From: Hormiphora californensis
Lineage: Eukaryota; Animalia; Ctenophora
DNA: 64,000 nt
Direction of reading: 5' to 3'
Assembly (NCBI GenBank): GCA_020137815.1
Contig: CM035361.1
Coordinates: 4,154,001 to 4,218,000, forward strand
Shown here: positions 1 to 11,511 of the stretch, piece by piece
Position numbering within the stretch: the first letter of the stretch is position 1
Layout: every line of letters begins with the position of its first letter
Notes under the pieces: model-generated
Databases searched by the model: none
What the model was told of the DNA's origin: nothing
Seen by the model: the letters and a program-made list of their open reading frames with translations, nothing else
Program-made: the position numbers and the translations under genes

Positions 1-985
1 CGTTTTCTGTTATCTCTCCTCTTCTGTTATCTCTCCGTGTCTGATATCGCTCCTCTTCTGTTATCTCTCCTCTTCTGTTATCGCTCCTCTTCTGTTATCA
101 CTCCTCTTCTGTTATCTCTCCTCTTCTGTTATCTCTCCTCGTCTGTTATCTCTCCTCTTCTGTTATCTCTCCTCGTCTGTTATCTCTCCTCTTCTGTTAT
201 TTCTCTTCTGTTATCCCTCCTCGTCTGTTATCTCTCCTCTTCTGTTATCTCTCCTCTTCTGTTATTTATCTTCTGTTATCTCTCCTCTTCTGTTATCTCT
301 CCTCTTCTGTTATCTCTCCTCTTCTGTTATCTCTCCTCTTGAACTGTTATCTCTCCTCGTCTGTTATCTCTCCTCTTCTGTTATCGCTCCTCTTTGGTTA
401 TATCTCCTCTTCTATTATCTCTCCTCTTCTGTTATCTCTCCTCTTCTGTTATCTCTCCTCTTCTGTTATCTCTCCTCGTCTGTTATCTCTCCTCTTCTGT
501 TATCTCTCCTCTTCTGTTATCGCTCCTCTTCTTTTATCATTCCTCTTTGGTTATCGCTCCTCTTCTATTATCACTCCTCTTTTGATTTCGCTCCTCTTCT
601 GTTATCTCGCGTTTTCTGTTATCGCTCCTCTTCTGATATCACTCCTCCTGATATCGCTCCTCCTGATATCGCTCCTCCTGATATCGCTCCTCTTCTGTTA
701 TCTCTCCTCTTCTATTATCTCTCCTCTTCTGTTATCTCTCCTCGTCTGTTATCTCTCCTCTTCTGTTATCTCTCCTCTTCTGTTATCTCTCCTCTTCTGT
801 TATCTCTCCTCTTCTATTATCTCTCCTCTTCTGTTATCTCTCCTCGTCTGTTATCTCTCCTCTTCTGTTATCGCTCTTCTTCTGTTATCTTTCCTCTTCT
901 GTTATCACTCCTCTTATGTTATCTCTCCTCTTCTGTTATCACTCCTCTTCTGTTATCTCTCCTCTTCTGTTATCACTCCTCCTGA
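1..985. repeat. 17-bp tandem minisatellite (TCTCCTCTTCTGTTATC)n, probably intronic
   Basis: Unit is directly visible; the Leu/Ser-rich ORFs over it are translations of the repeat. Confidence 0.95.
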
Positions 986-1165
986 TATTGCTTGGCCACT
1001 AGTGGTTCAATTTTAGTCAATAGTAAACTTGTAAATCTACATTATAGTGTAATTTAATATAATATCAAGATTGGCTATTTTTCTCAAAACTATGTTTTTA
1101 GAGATATACCCTTTCTACTTGAAGGTGACAATATCAAGATTGGCAGTACAATTCTTCCCATGCAG

Positions 1166-2341
1166 GTACCTCGATGGAACCAAGATAGATGACGCAACAG
1201 ATGAATCCTTCATAACCTCACAGGGAGGTCTCTACACGTGTACTGCTACAAATGCTCTGGGAACTGTTACCCAAGACGTCTATGTTGAGACTACCACTCA
1301 GTTTACAGGTGAACATGCTTGGTGTAATTATAGGTGTTACCATGGTAACGGTTACTCATTAGGTGTTACTAGGTGTTATCATGGTAACGATAACTCACTA
1401 GGTGTGACAAGGTGTTACCATAGTTTTCACAACTCGCTAGATCTGTGACTTATAACTATAGGTGTATGATGGCCGTGACATGATTCTCTCTCTCTCTCCC
1501 TAATGTAAGTTGCAGTAATTGCAAAGCTAATATACCCACCCTCTGCAGGTGGAGAGGTATTACTACTAATCCTGATAGTTGTGTTTGTCCTGACCATCGC
1601 CATCACTCTTCTTCTCATCTACATTAGAAAGGTAACTATCGTTCGTCTCGTAATGTCTATTGTTACGGCGGAAAATGGAACTATAGGTGTACACATGGTA
1701 ATTATAACCCATTAGGTGATAATAGGTGTTACTAGGTAATCACTAGGTGTATCTATATGTGTTATTAGGTGTAACCATGGTAATCACTAGATGTAACCAC
1801 AATCAATTGTTTTCCAGGTCGAGCTGGAGAGAAGGATGAATGAACAGAGGATGAAAGATGAACTCTTGTTGGAGAATGAGAAACGAAGCCTAATAAGAAC
1901 TCCCAGCGCTACTCCAGGTTTGTTGGGAGGTGTAACCATGGTAACCACGACTCACTAGAGGTTACTAGGTGTAACCAGGTTTAATAGAAGGTTTGAAACG
2001 TTAGGACACAATGATAACATGATAAATAGGTTGTCATGATAACAGAGAGTTAGAAATCGTAAAGGACGAAGAGAGAACATAACAAACTAACCCCCATCTA
2101 ACCCCCATCTAACCCCCATCTATCCCCATCTAACCCCCATCTATCCCCCCATCTAACTAACAACTGTTTTGCAGGACCAACGTTACGGACGCCAACCCCT
2201 GCCCCTCGGACACCCACACCTGGACTTATCATAGAGAATGAGGGAGCAGAGGGGGCTGCTGCTGCAGTAGAGGGTACTACTAGAGCAGTCACACCAGCGC
2301 CCAGTCTGGGTGGAGGTCACACCACTCCTGCACCATTTTGA
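1166..2341 (+). CDS. 3' exons of an Ig-superfamily single-pass membrane protein (5' part outside window)
   Basis: GT-AG exons ~1166-1308 (YLDGTKI...GLYTCTATNALG, Ig F-strand), ~1549-1631 (TM VLLLILIVVFVLTIAITLLLIYIRK), ~1818-1917 and ~2175-2341 (Pro/Thr-rich tail, TGA) join in frame. Confidence 0.8.
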
Positions 2342-2495
2342 TGTGATGAAGAGATAGGATAATGAACTGTTTTATAAGGGAGGGGTGGTGATGGAAGAAG
2401 AGAGGACAGTTTGGAAAGCATGGTAATCGATGCACACGGTAAATCGAGGTTTGACTGTAACTAGTTTCACTAGGAGGTTGTGTTCCTCAATCTGG

Positions 2496-2604
2496 CAGGA
2501 ACCCACCGAATCAGGAAATACTGGTCCCTGATTGGCTGATAACCAGTCACGTGACCTAAATAACGAGTTCTGATTGGTCGTTTACTTGTTTCGGTCGGTT
2601 CCTG
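2496..2604. mobile_element. hAT-like MITE family A (~109 bp)
   Basis: TIR CAGGAACC(G)ACCGAA...TTCGGTCGGTTCCTG with 8-bp TSD CAATCTGG; further copies at 27039, 38668, 45174, 53542, partial at ~27975 and ~50720. Confidence 0.9.
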
Positions 2605-3989
2605 CAATCTGGATTGCTCTACTAGGACCATAATTAATAGTTTATATCAAATGGGCGATACAAATGTGGTTGCGGGATATTCCAATTGCCATACATCATA
2701 CTAGTTAGTAAGTTATAATCTACAATTGCATGAAATAGAGGATGATTTTATTTTGAACTTTTAAAAATGACGTGTTTATTTTGGTACCCCTCAATTATAA
2801 TTAGTGGTGATGACACGTCATGCGGGAGCTATTTTATATACTACTTGCGGGGACCATTTTATAAACTACTCATTTACAGGCCCAATCTTTTAAATCAATA
2901 CCCTCCCTTCTTCTCTTTACGTACAAAGAAAAGAAGGGAGGGTCAATTTTTCCGTTTTTATGAAAAGGGAAACATTGGCAAAACACACATCACTGATGGC
3001 TGACCTTTTTAGCCGAGATCTCAAGATCCAATCAGGAAAAAAATGAGACAGAAGCTAGCTAGAACGGCTGAGAAATATTAATACGAGGGTATCCGACACA
3101 CACAACCAAAACGAGAGACAAAGAAAGAGAGTGTGTCGCGTGAACCGTTATCTCTTCGCAGAGGGGGAGTTCTGCACGTGCATGCGCGCGAGTGATCTGC
3201 ACGTGCATGCGCGCGAGTTATAAACGCTGACAAGGGCTCCTCGAAAATACCACCATTCGCCAGCGCTGTAATAAAGGCTGGGCTCATGAATTCCCTGGAG
3301 ACACGGGGGTGGGATCAGATGAGTCGGGAAACAGCAGAACCAGATGGTATTTGGTCCTAACAATTAGGAGCTGCAGGTAGTCGGAGAGAAGCCGCTTCTC
3401 TAAATTACCTCTCTGACAAGTCGGCAGTCACATCTGCATGCATGCACCCAGCTGTTGTGTTCTAAGTACTCTCCTTTACAACATTTGGTACACACCAGTC
3501 AATGTAGTGAGACACTTTGGAGTCGAGGCAACCACCCGGGTTGTAAAAACAGAGCTGGGCTGCCAGAGCATTGCCTGACCCTATTCTCATATGGTCAGAG
3601 CATTGGCCTGACAGGAGCTGGCCCTGGGCGACCAAGTCCAAATGTTACACACGACACTGCACACTGTTTTGCTTTGTGAAATCTAGGAATTGTCACCTGC
3701 CACAACCTGATCAGTGCCTGTCTGGCGGCACCGACTCTATCTGATTCGTCAGATTACTGAAAATCAAAGTGAAACACTAATTTACGTAGAGTTATATTGC
3801 AGCAGCACATAAATAGTTCACATCAAATAGGTTTAATCCTAATAAAAATATTGAATCTTGATCTCCATGACAACTGCGGTCTCTCAATATTTGTAATACG
3901 TTACAGATATCGGGTGTAGTATCTTGCGTATCACACACATCAAGATTCAAGGTGTCAATTGTTGAACAACCCCACATTAAGGTGTCAGT

Positions 3990-6313
3990 TTAGTTTAGGG
4001 CGGAGAAGAAGATGGATTTGGGGAGGTAGTAGATCATAGCAGCTGACTCAATGAACATCTCAATCACTTGCCTGAAATTAGTGGTAATTTGTGTGTTAAT
4101 TAGTATGGTAATTATTGTGCTAATTAGTGTATTTTGAAATTATGAAGCCATGATGATTCATGACAATCGGTACATAGTAATTATGAGAATTCCAGTTAGA
4201 AGAACTGATGATTTAGTAAATTATAAATTAGTAAATTAGTAACTTGAATTATAAAACTAACGTGTATGCATGTCGATCATAGAAACCACTCTTAGCGATA
4301 ATAAACTGACTGTGGAGGAAGGCAAACAAGGATAGTCCACCGATAATTAGAGCTCCTGACTCCTGTGAGAAGTCATGGTTTGTTAAAATATATTGATTGA
4401 TAGACGTCATAATATCCTTAAGTTAAAACTAACAAAGATTGAGGACAAAAAGCTATGTAAAAAGTTAGATAGTGGGCACATGCACAGCACAGCAGCAATA
4501 ACGCATGTGTAGCTGCCATCTAGCTTTTACATATAACAGTCGGACCCCGATTTACCGAGATGCTCGGGGGAAAGAGTTTTGCCCGGTATTTCGAGGTGCC
4601 CGGTTATATATCGGGGTCATGTGACTCACCAGTGAAGCTACAGGGATCCCAAGGACAAGGTTCACAAGGTGGTCAAACAGAACATAGGATACGGCAGAGA
4701 TTGCAATGGTTCTGAAAAGGAAGGGTTGAAGTTATTTTACTAAATAATTAATCAAATATTCAATTAATTAACAGCAGACCCTATATAGGGTTGTATATTA
4801 TTTATATAATATTATATAGGCCTATTATACAAATAAGATACAACTTTAGTTCACATACCGGAGGTAGAGGAAGAACCGGCTTTCTGGCTCAACTTCACTT
4901 TCAATCAGCTTATCGGCGACTTTCTTATCTTGCTTTGGTGTAATGGGTCCAGCCATTTTGATAATCTTTCTGAAAACGGGTTGCCAGGGTTACCAAATGA
5001 TGCTATCATGGAGCTGATTTAACTTAAAACCTGTCAGAGCATAAGCATTGATCCCTGACCCTATTCTCATTTCTCTGCGCGATCGAGAACTGTAGTCAGA
5101 GCATTGGCCTGACAGCTTAAAACTGTTTTTAATAACACAAAAATATGAACACTAATTTATTGTTATTTCACATACCCATACTGATTCATGAAAGTGAAAC
5201 AGCCAGAGGAGTAGCCTTTGAAGAATGCAGCACACTTTAAAAGTCCAACAGCAGTCACCCTGTGATGAAGGGGGCGTTTAATTAATTAATTAGTTAAATT
5301 AGTATTAAAATAATTAATGTACCAGAGGAATCACATAATATTGAGCAGTTTGCACCACAAGTCTGTGCTCACTATAACAGACCGCACATTTACCGGTTAA
5401 AACTCGAAAGATTTCATGTTAATAAGTAACTAATTGTTTTAATTCATTACCAGGTATTGATACCAAGAGAGTTATTGAGTATGCTGGACACTGTACATCC
5501 AAATGCGATACTAAACAGGATACTGGTAACTGCGGAGAGATGAGAGAGAGTTAGGAATCAATCAGAATACTTCCCAAATAGCGGGAATCACATTTAGTTG
5601 GCTTATTAATTAATTGAATAATTGCCTAATGAAGTAATTGAATAAATAATAGCTGACTAACTAATCAACTGCAACTGCCCCTACTAAACTTTCATCAAAC
5701 GAACCATCTCATTTAAACCTCATTTTACGTGACTCGAGGCGAACGTCATGACATTCGCCTCGAGTCACGTAAAATGAGGTTTAAATGAGATATGGTTCGT
5801 TTGATGGAAGTTCATGAATGATCAACTAAGTAACTAAGTAACTAACCCTTCATACTGCTGGTCTCATAACTTGGTGTGTTGAGAATTGTAAGACCCTGAA
5901 TGCCAGCGACAATAATAGAAATACTAGCCCACTGAAGGAGAGCTATCTTGGCGCTGAAATAAGCTGAGATAGCTCCGATAAGCAGAGTTTTGGTGGCTGT
6001 TGCCATGACTGCTGAGAGGTGCTTGTGCTCTCCTTTTTCCCTGAGAGAAAGAGAGGAGAAGAAAGTGTTAGTGTTATGCATTATGTAGTTGATAAAGTGT
6101 ATATAGCCAACTCTCGAAAAACCGCGGCTCCCGATCCCCATTTATCGTAATTACCACAAAAGCCATGTAAGAGAATGCAATAAACAAGCTAACGATGATT
6201 TATACTCACAATTGGTCAAAGTCAAACACAAATTTGAAGTTGAGATATTCAGCGTATCTACCCCATTCCAGTTTTTCATTAGTCTTGGACATCTTCTTAT
6301 ACTCGATAGTCAT
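3990..6313 (-). CDS. Divergent Bax inhibitor-1/TMBIM-family multipass membrane protein, 7 coding exons
   Basis: Spliced: MTIEYKKM...YLNFKFVFDFDQLEKGEHKHLSAVMATATKTLLIGAISAYF...FGCTVSSILNNSLGINTWVTAVGLLKCAAFF...SRFFLYLRTIAISAVSYVLF...FAFLHSQFIIAKSGFYDRHAYTQVIEMFIESAAM...N*. Colinear by eye with BI-1 motifs (INFDALLKF..QQHL; RRSYLFLGG; FDTQLIIEKA; IDLFLD). All junctions GT-AG and in frame. Confidence 0.7.
5031..5115. mobile_element. MITE family B (CTGTCAG...CTGACAG)
   Basis: 8-bp TSD CTTAAAAC; related copies at ~3560-3613, ~7216-7287 (partial), ~24732-24809 (TSD AAAAAGAC), ~47160-47233. Confidence 0.85.
5687..5812. repeat. Near-perfect ~126-bp palindrome in an intron (probable hairpin MITE)
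   Basis: Arms AACTTTCATCAAACGAACCAT...CTCGAGGCGAA / TTCGCCTCGAG...ATGGTTCGTTTGATGGAAGTT. Confidence 0.85.
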
Positions 6314-7314
6314 AATGGCTATATAATTATAGGAGCTGTGTAAAGTTAATGGGTATTAGTCATAATTTAATTACTGAACAATTATAGGAGCTGTATTATA
6401 GAACTATATATTAGTCATATTGGATGATTATAATGATTTAGTGATCATGATTATCTAGTGTTATTCAGACTGAATAATTAACTAATTGGGCTATCAACAA
6501 ATAGGTACAACGACTTAAATTGTCAACGTAACATAGACATAAGTTAAGATCTACAACATACAATAATAGCTACAATTGTGCACCGTGGGGTTACAAAAAC
6601 TATCGATCACTATTCACCACCACGAATAACTTCAAGCAATTGATCACTATTATATTATAAACACAGAGCCCAATTATATGCTGTAAACAAAAACCCCACA
6701 GATGATCATGATATGCTATCCCGGTCAAGCAAGGCAAACTTTACACCGCGCGGCAGTCAATTCTTTTACAAGACCGTGACACGCTTACGTGCTTGCTCTA
6801 TCACACACACTGCAGTGAGACTGAGTTGTAGTTGAGCCGCACTATTCGCACAACCCACACGTCCCACGCAATCGGCAGTAACCATGCTGCAGAGAGAGTG
6901 TGAGAGAGAGATATCTTTCTCCCACACACACACACAAATTGACACACACACAAACAAACAAACAAGATGCGATGTAGCTCTCGTTTTTTTGTTAACTAGC
7001 TCGATGTACTGCTGCAGTAATCAGGTTTATACAGAATGCAATACCAATATTGAGACGAGATCAGCGCTGTGACATGTCTTCTAAACACTGCTGATAATTT
7101 AGGAAGGAGACATGGCCTGGGGGCTGAATTCAGAATTGGTTTATTCCTTGAATATTAAGTAAGCAGCAGTGTGGGTGTATAGGGTTGCGTGTCGCCCTTC
7201 TAATTTAATTATTCACTGTCAGAGCATTGGCCTGACCCATTCTCGTTTCTCTCAAATTTGCGGAGCGCGCGAGAACTGTGGTCAGGTTATTCAAGAAATT
7301 CAACAAACTTTCAA

Positions 7315-9741
7315 GAATCTATCGGTTATCCCATACTTTCGGGATCCCATACTCCTAATTAGAAGAAAGTATGGGATCTCGGACAATTGTTGTGGTCCCA
7401 TACTTCCGAGATCCCATACTTTCGAAGTCCCATACTTTTCGGGTGGGATTCACTAGATACTAATCCAATCAATAGAACGGTGTTTGGTATCGCTAAATTG
7501 GGTAATTTAAACCGAGTAATGTGTACATTCGTACCGTTTCACTATTTACGTTGCACATACACGGTGTGATTAGAATTTCGTGATCAGATGCTGAATGCTG
7601 ATCAGATGGTAAATGAACTCGGATCACTTATGGAGTGCGATTACTTAGACAGGGTATCAGTCAATCAAGGTCTTGACAGGCCGATCAGATGGTAAATGAA
7701 CCATGATTACTTGAGGAGTGCGATTACTAGGGAGCTAGGATATGAACGGTATATATATGGTGATTGATTTCGTCACAATATTACCCAATCAATGATGGAC
7801 ACACCAACCAACTTCTCTCTTGACATCTCCGGATTACTGAGGACCTCCCTTGACGTCGAGTCCCTGGGCATCAACCCCCCTTCATCTCCAGTGGAACCTG
7901 CACCCGAGGAACCTGCACCTGAGGAACCTGCACCTGAGGAACCTGTACCAATCGATCATGTCCTTACTTTCTGCAAGGGACGAAATGGAGGGAAACAGGC
8001 CCTATACAATGGGTTCATCTACAGTTTCAACAGGAAAAACGATAAAAACGGCAACATGTACTGGTGCTGTAAAGATAATCGGAAGCACACGCCATGTTGT
8101 AACGGTCGGCTCATCACCAACGAGGATACCGTTATTAGCGTGAATGGAACCCACTGCCACCCCCCTTCTGCTGAGAAAGCTGCAGCTCAACAGATTCTGT
8201 CCGAAATCAGGAATGTGGACTGTAATGATCACTCCAAGCCTGCCAGTAAAGTTAGGAGGATGTTGCACGGATCAGTACCTGATTCAGTTGTGTTGTCCCT
8301 TCCCAAACCAAAGCTACTACGGAAACAAGTAACCAACCAACGACGCCTAGCACGCAAAGTAGCAGCCAAGAGGGTCACCTGTGCAAAGGAAATCACGGTA
8401 CAGCTACCCCAGTTAGAGGAGGCAGCACCGGACTCCTTGTCTCTCCTTGGAGACATCACAACTTCAAGGAACAAACGTGTTATCGGATTTACTACGCAGT
8501 CAAATCTCGAGGTTTTGAACAGGAGGCACAGCCATCTGTACATCGATGGAACCTTCCGGATAACACCGAAACACTTTCTACAACTCTGGATTGTAAGGGC
8601 CCACATCCTCGACAGTCCTGAGGTCTACTGCCTGGCCTACTTCCTTCTTGAGGACAAATCCAAATTGTCCTATTCCACTGCACTGGGAATGCTGAAGCAG
8701 AAGTGTCCTGATCTGGATGTTGAAACGGTAGTAGTGGACTTCGAACAAGCAGAACATCAAGCAGTACTGGAACACTTTCCTTCCGCCCATATCCAAGGCT
8801 GTCTCTATCATTGGAAACAGTGTTTAGTCAGGAGGTTCCAGAAAATTCCGGAGTATGGATCACAACCTCCGAACTTTATCCTGAAGGAGAGGCTACACTA
8901 CCTGTTTGGACTCGCCTACATTCCTGTAGATGACGTTGTGGCATCATGGACAGTCCTGAAGAGATCACTGGAAAAGGACCCACTTCTCCACCCGTTCAAA
9001 GATTCCATCGATAGGATTCTGGAGTATGTGGAATCAACATGGATCCTAAATCAGAACATCTATCCGCTACAGATGTGGAATGTCTACAACGCTGTCCTTC
9101 AACAATCTCCTAGGACAAACAACGTTTCGGAGGGGAGTAACAACTCATTAAACATCGCGGCAGGCTGTTCCCACCCAGAAATGTGGAAATTAGTGGAAAT
9201 CCTGACACTGTACAACCAGGACGCAGAGACGGCAATCCTTCATATGATCACAGGCCAAGAGGTTAAGACTACCCGTTCGAAGAAGTCCATCGAGTTGAAC
9301 AAGCGGATTTCTAAAGCAGTCAGCAATTATGGACAGTTTAGTGTTTTTATGTACTGCAAATCGTTGGGACTCATTACCTACTGATGGAATGAAAAATGTA
9401 AATAATGTGTAATTTTTGTTCTAATTTTATGTTTTATATCGGTTGTATTGTCTTCTACTCATCAAGACCCCCTAGTAAGGGAGAAACTTTCACCGAAACC
9501 ATCCCCGAATCGTGTCTCATATCGTTTCACACTGCTAATAAGCTCCCCCGAATTATGTCTTTCATACCCCGAATCATGTGTCTCACACTGCTAATAGGGC
9601 ATGCCAGATTCGTATCACATACATAATTAGAAAGTATGGGATCTCGGACAATTGTCGTGGTCCCATACTTCCGAGATCCCATACTTTCTCTCTCTAATTG
9701 GGAGTATGGGATCCCGAAAGTATGGGACTAGGGTGATCACC
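7315..9741 (+). mobile_element. Apparently autonomous Mutator-like (MULE) DNA transposon
   Basis: 8-bp direct repeat ACTTTCAA at 7307-7314 and 9742-9749; subterminal inverted repeats built from CCCATACT motifs; one uninterrupted transposase ORF. Confidence 0.85.
7792..9384 (+). CDS. MULE transposase with N-terminal FLYWCH-type zinc finger (530 aa)
   Basis: GFIY...YWCC...C...HCH; catalytic YIDGTF, VVVDFE, GCLYHW (CxxH), RTNNVSEG. Confidence 0.92.
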   Translation: MMDTPTNFSLDISGLLRTSLDVESLGINPPSSPVEPAPEEPAPEEPAPEEPVPIDHVLTFCKGRNGGKQALYNGFIYSFNRKNDKNGNMYWCCKDNRKHTPCCNGRLITNEDTVISVNGTHCHPPSAEKAAAQQILSEIRNVDCNDHSKPASKVRRMLHGSVPDSVVLSLPKPKLLRKQVTNQRRLARKVAAKRVTCAKEITVQLPQLEEAAPDSLSLLGDITTSRNKRVIGFTTQSNLEVLNRRHSHLYIDGTFRITPKHFLQLWIVRAHILDSPEVYCLAYFLLEDKSKLSYSTALGMLKQKCPDLDVETVVVDFEQAEHQAVLEHFPSAHIQGCLYHWKQCLVRRFQKIPEYGSQPPNFILKERLHYLFGLAYIPVDDVVASWTVLKRSLEKDPLLHPFKDSIDRILEYVESTWILNQNIYPLQMWNVYNAVLQQSPRTNNVSEGSNNSLNIAAGCSHPEMWKLVEILTLYNQDAETAILHMITGQEVKTTRSKKSIELNKRISKAVSNYGQFSVFMYCKSLGLITY

Positions 9742-9913
9742 ACTTTCAAACCATTTGACTTGTTATTGAAACTTCAAATCGGCGTACATACATCATTTTC
9801 TCTAGAAGCTGTCTCTGATCCAACTTTTTACAGCGGCAGGGTTTTGAATACAAAATCAAGTAGTTTTACAACTAAAAACTTGTCTGACACAGATTGTATA
9901 GACCTTTCTGTTT

Positions 9914-10043
9914 TATTGGTAGTAATATCTATTAGAGCAACTCTGTTTTAATCTGCAGATATCACATTTGAACCATACAATCTATGGTTCAAATGTGATA
10001 TCAGATGAAAACATCGAGTTGCTATAATAGATCTTCTCGTCAA
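9914..10043. repeat. ~130-bp imperfect palindrome (hairpin MITE-like)
   Basis: Core GATATCACATTTGAACCATA-caatc-TATGGTTCAAATGTGATATC with extended imperfect arms. Confidence 0.75.
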
Positions 10044-10051
10044 TACCTCTC

Positions 10052-11308
10052 TCATCTCTTCCGGTTGATATAATAAACAAGAGCTCCTATGCTGACCACA
10101 CAAACACAGTACTCACAAAACTTTACCAACCGTCTACTTTTTGGCACACTAACTCCCACAAAAGTCGCTACTAAATAGGTCAAAATCACCATTTTCTGGT
10201 AAAAGTTTTCTCTTGATATCTTTAATTGGACCGTGTACAGGAGTGACACACAGAAGAGTCCGGTAAATAGTGTGTAGAAAAGGGCTGGGATAATGGAGGG
10301 TAGGATTATCTCTTTGACAAATGTTAGAAGGCTGATTCGTCTCCAGAGCCGCTTGCAATCGTACTTGTGGAGGCATGTTCCACAGCGGGATATTTTCTTG
10401 CGGGTCAGGTAGTCTTTCAAGCAGGACATGTGGCTGGAAACTTTCCTGATGGAGATTGGAGGAAAGGGTGAGATAGGGAAGGGTGAGAGAGGGAAGGGTG
10501 AGAGTGAAGGGAGAGAGGGAGAGAGTGAAAGGAGAGAGGGTCAGCACACACCTACGGCAAAATTAAAATTAAAATTTTAATTTTAAACCCAGACACACCA
10601 TGCAGCGCTGTTAAAAAATCTCTCCCCTATTCTCAGAGTCACAATCTCGCGCACCATTTTTACGGTCGCGTTGGATGACAAAATGATTTGTCATCCAACG
10701 CGACCGTCTTTCATAAACTCAATAATATTCCTATCCTAGATTCAGTTTGAGAAATAATTACAGCAGCCCAACATAATTATGCTTTCATTCATTTCCCTTT
10801 CATTGGTGAAAGGGATCGGACATGAGTAAGGGTTGGGTAAAACATATTCTTTCATTAATATTTACGTGCAGTGACAGAAAGTTTCCAGCATCCTATCATC
10901 AATCTTGCCAAGACCACAAAGGTGACATGTTAGATAGTCATACACAGCAGATACTGATTGAGTTCCCCTAGACCCAGGACCAAGGCTATTCTCCGGCTGC
11001 GGGGGAAATGAAAATTCGTCAGGAATTAAATCAAAGTTCGTCAGGAATGAATTATGAACTCGTCAGGAATTAGTTAGGAAAGAAGAACCATAAATCATGT
11101 CTTTATACCATGTAAAATCGGACCCTTATTAATTATCATTGGATGCTCGGGGGAAATAAAACATGACCGGTATGTCGTGGTTTCTGGGGTCTGTCAATCA
11201 GGTCATGCCATCTCTCTCGGACAGTTAGTTACAACTTACTATGCTCGGCAGAGACTTTTCTGGGATGGTGTTCATGTTCACGTGTACTTCCTCAAAATGA
11301 ATTGCCAT
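10052..11308 (-). CDS. Small RING-CH (RINGv) membrane E3 ubiquitin ligase, MARCH-like, 3 coding exons
   Basis: Spliced MAIHFEEV...LPSI|PENS...TCHLC...FCHCT|KVSSHMSCLKDYL...RCGTCLHKY gives a C4HC3 RING-CH followed by 2-3 hydrophobic segments. Confidence 0.78.
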
Positions 11309-11444
11309 GACGTGCTAAATTTGAAAAGGAAAATTAATTAGTGTGGTTTGAAATCTAAGGTGTACATGTGTAGAAATATGTGTGTAATGTACATCACATA
11401 TCAGTTGTTGAGTATTGATATTATTATCATACTCAGCAACTATT

Positions 11445-11511
11445 TGGTGACATATAGACACCTGGCGTGACCCCGCTCAATCTTGGTCGCGCCAGGTGTC
11501 TATGTCACCAA
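11445..11511. mobile_element. Tiny hairpin MITE with 9-bp TSD (Mutator-like)
   Basis: TTGGTGACAT..AGACACCTGGCG / CGCCAGGTGTCT.ATGTCACCAA flanked by AGCAACTAT on both sides. Confidence 0.7.

Noticed and set aside
37-1016. Long hydrophobic Leu/Ser ORFs
   Set aside because: Translations of a 17-bp minisatellite.
3169-3218. Direct repeat TCTGCACGTGCATGCGCGCGAGT x2 (E-box/NRF1-like)
   Set aside because: Lies between two converging 3' ends with no linked start; no support for promoter function.
5322-5372. Apparent extra exon (EHRLVVQTAQYYVIPL) in the BI-1-like gene
   Set aside because: Including it breaks the frame; skipping it keeps the frame and the BI-1 alignment.
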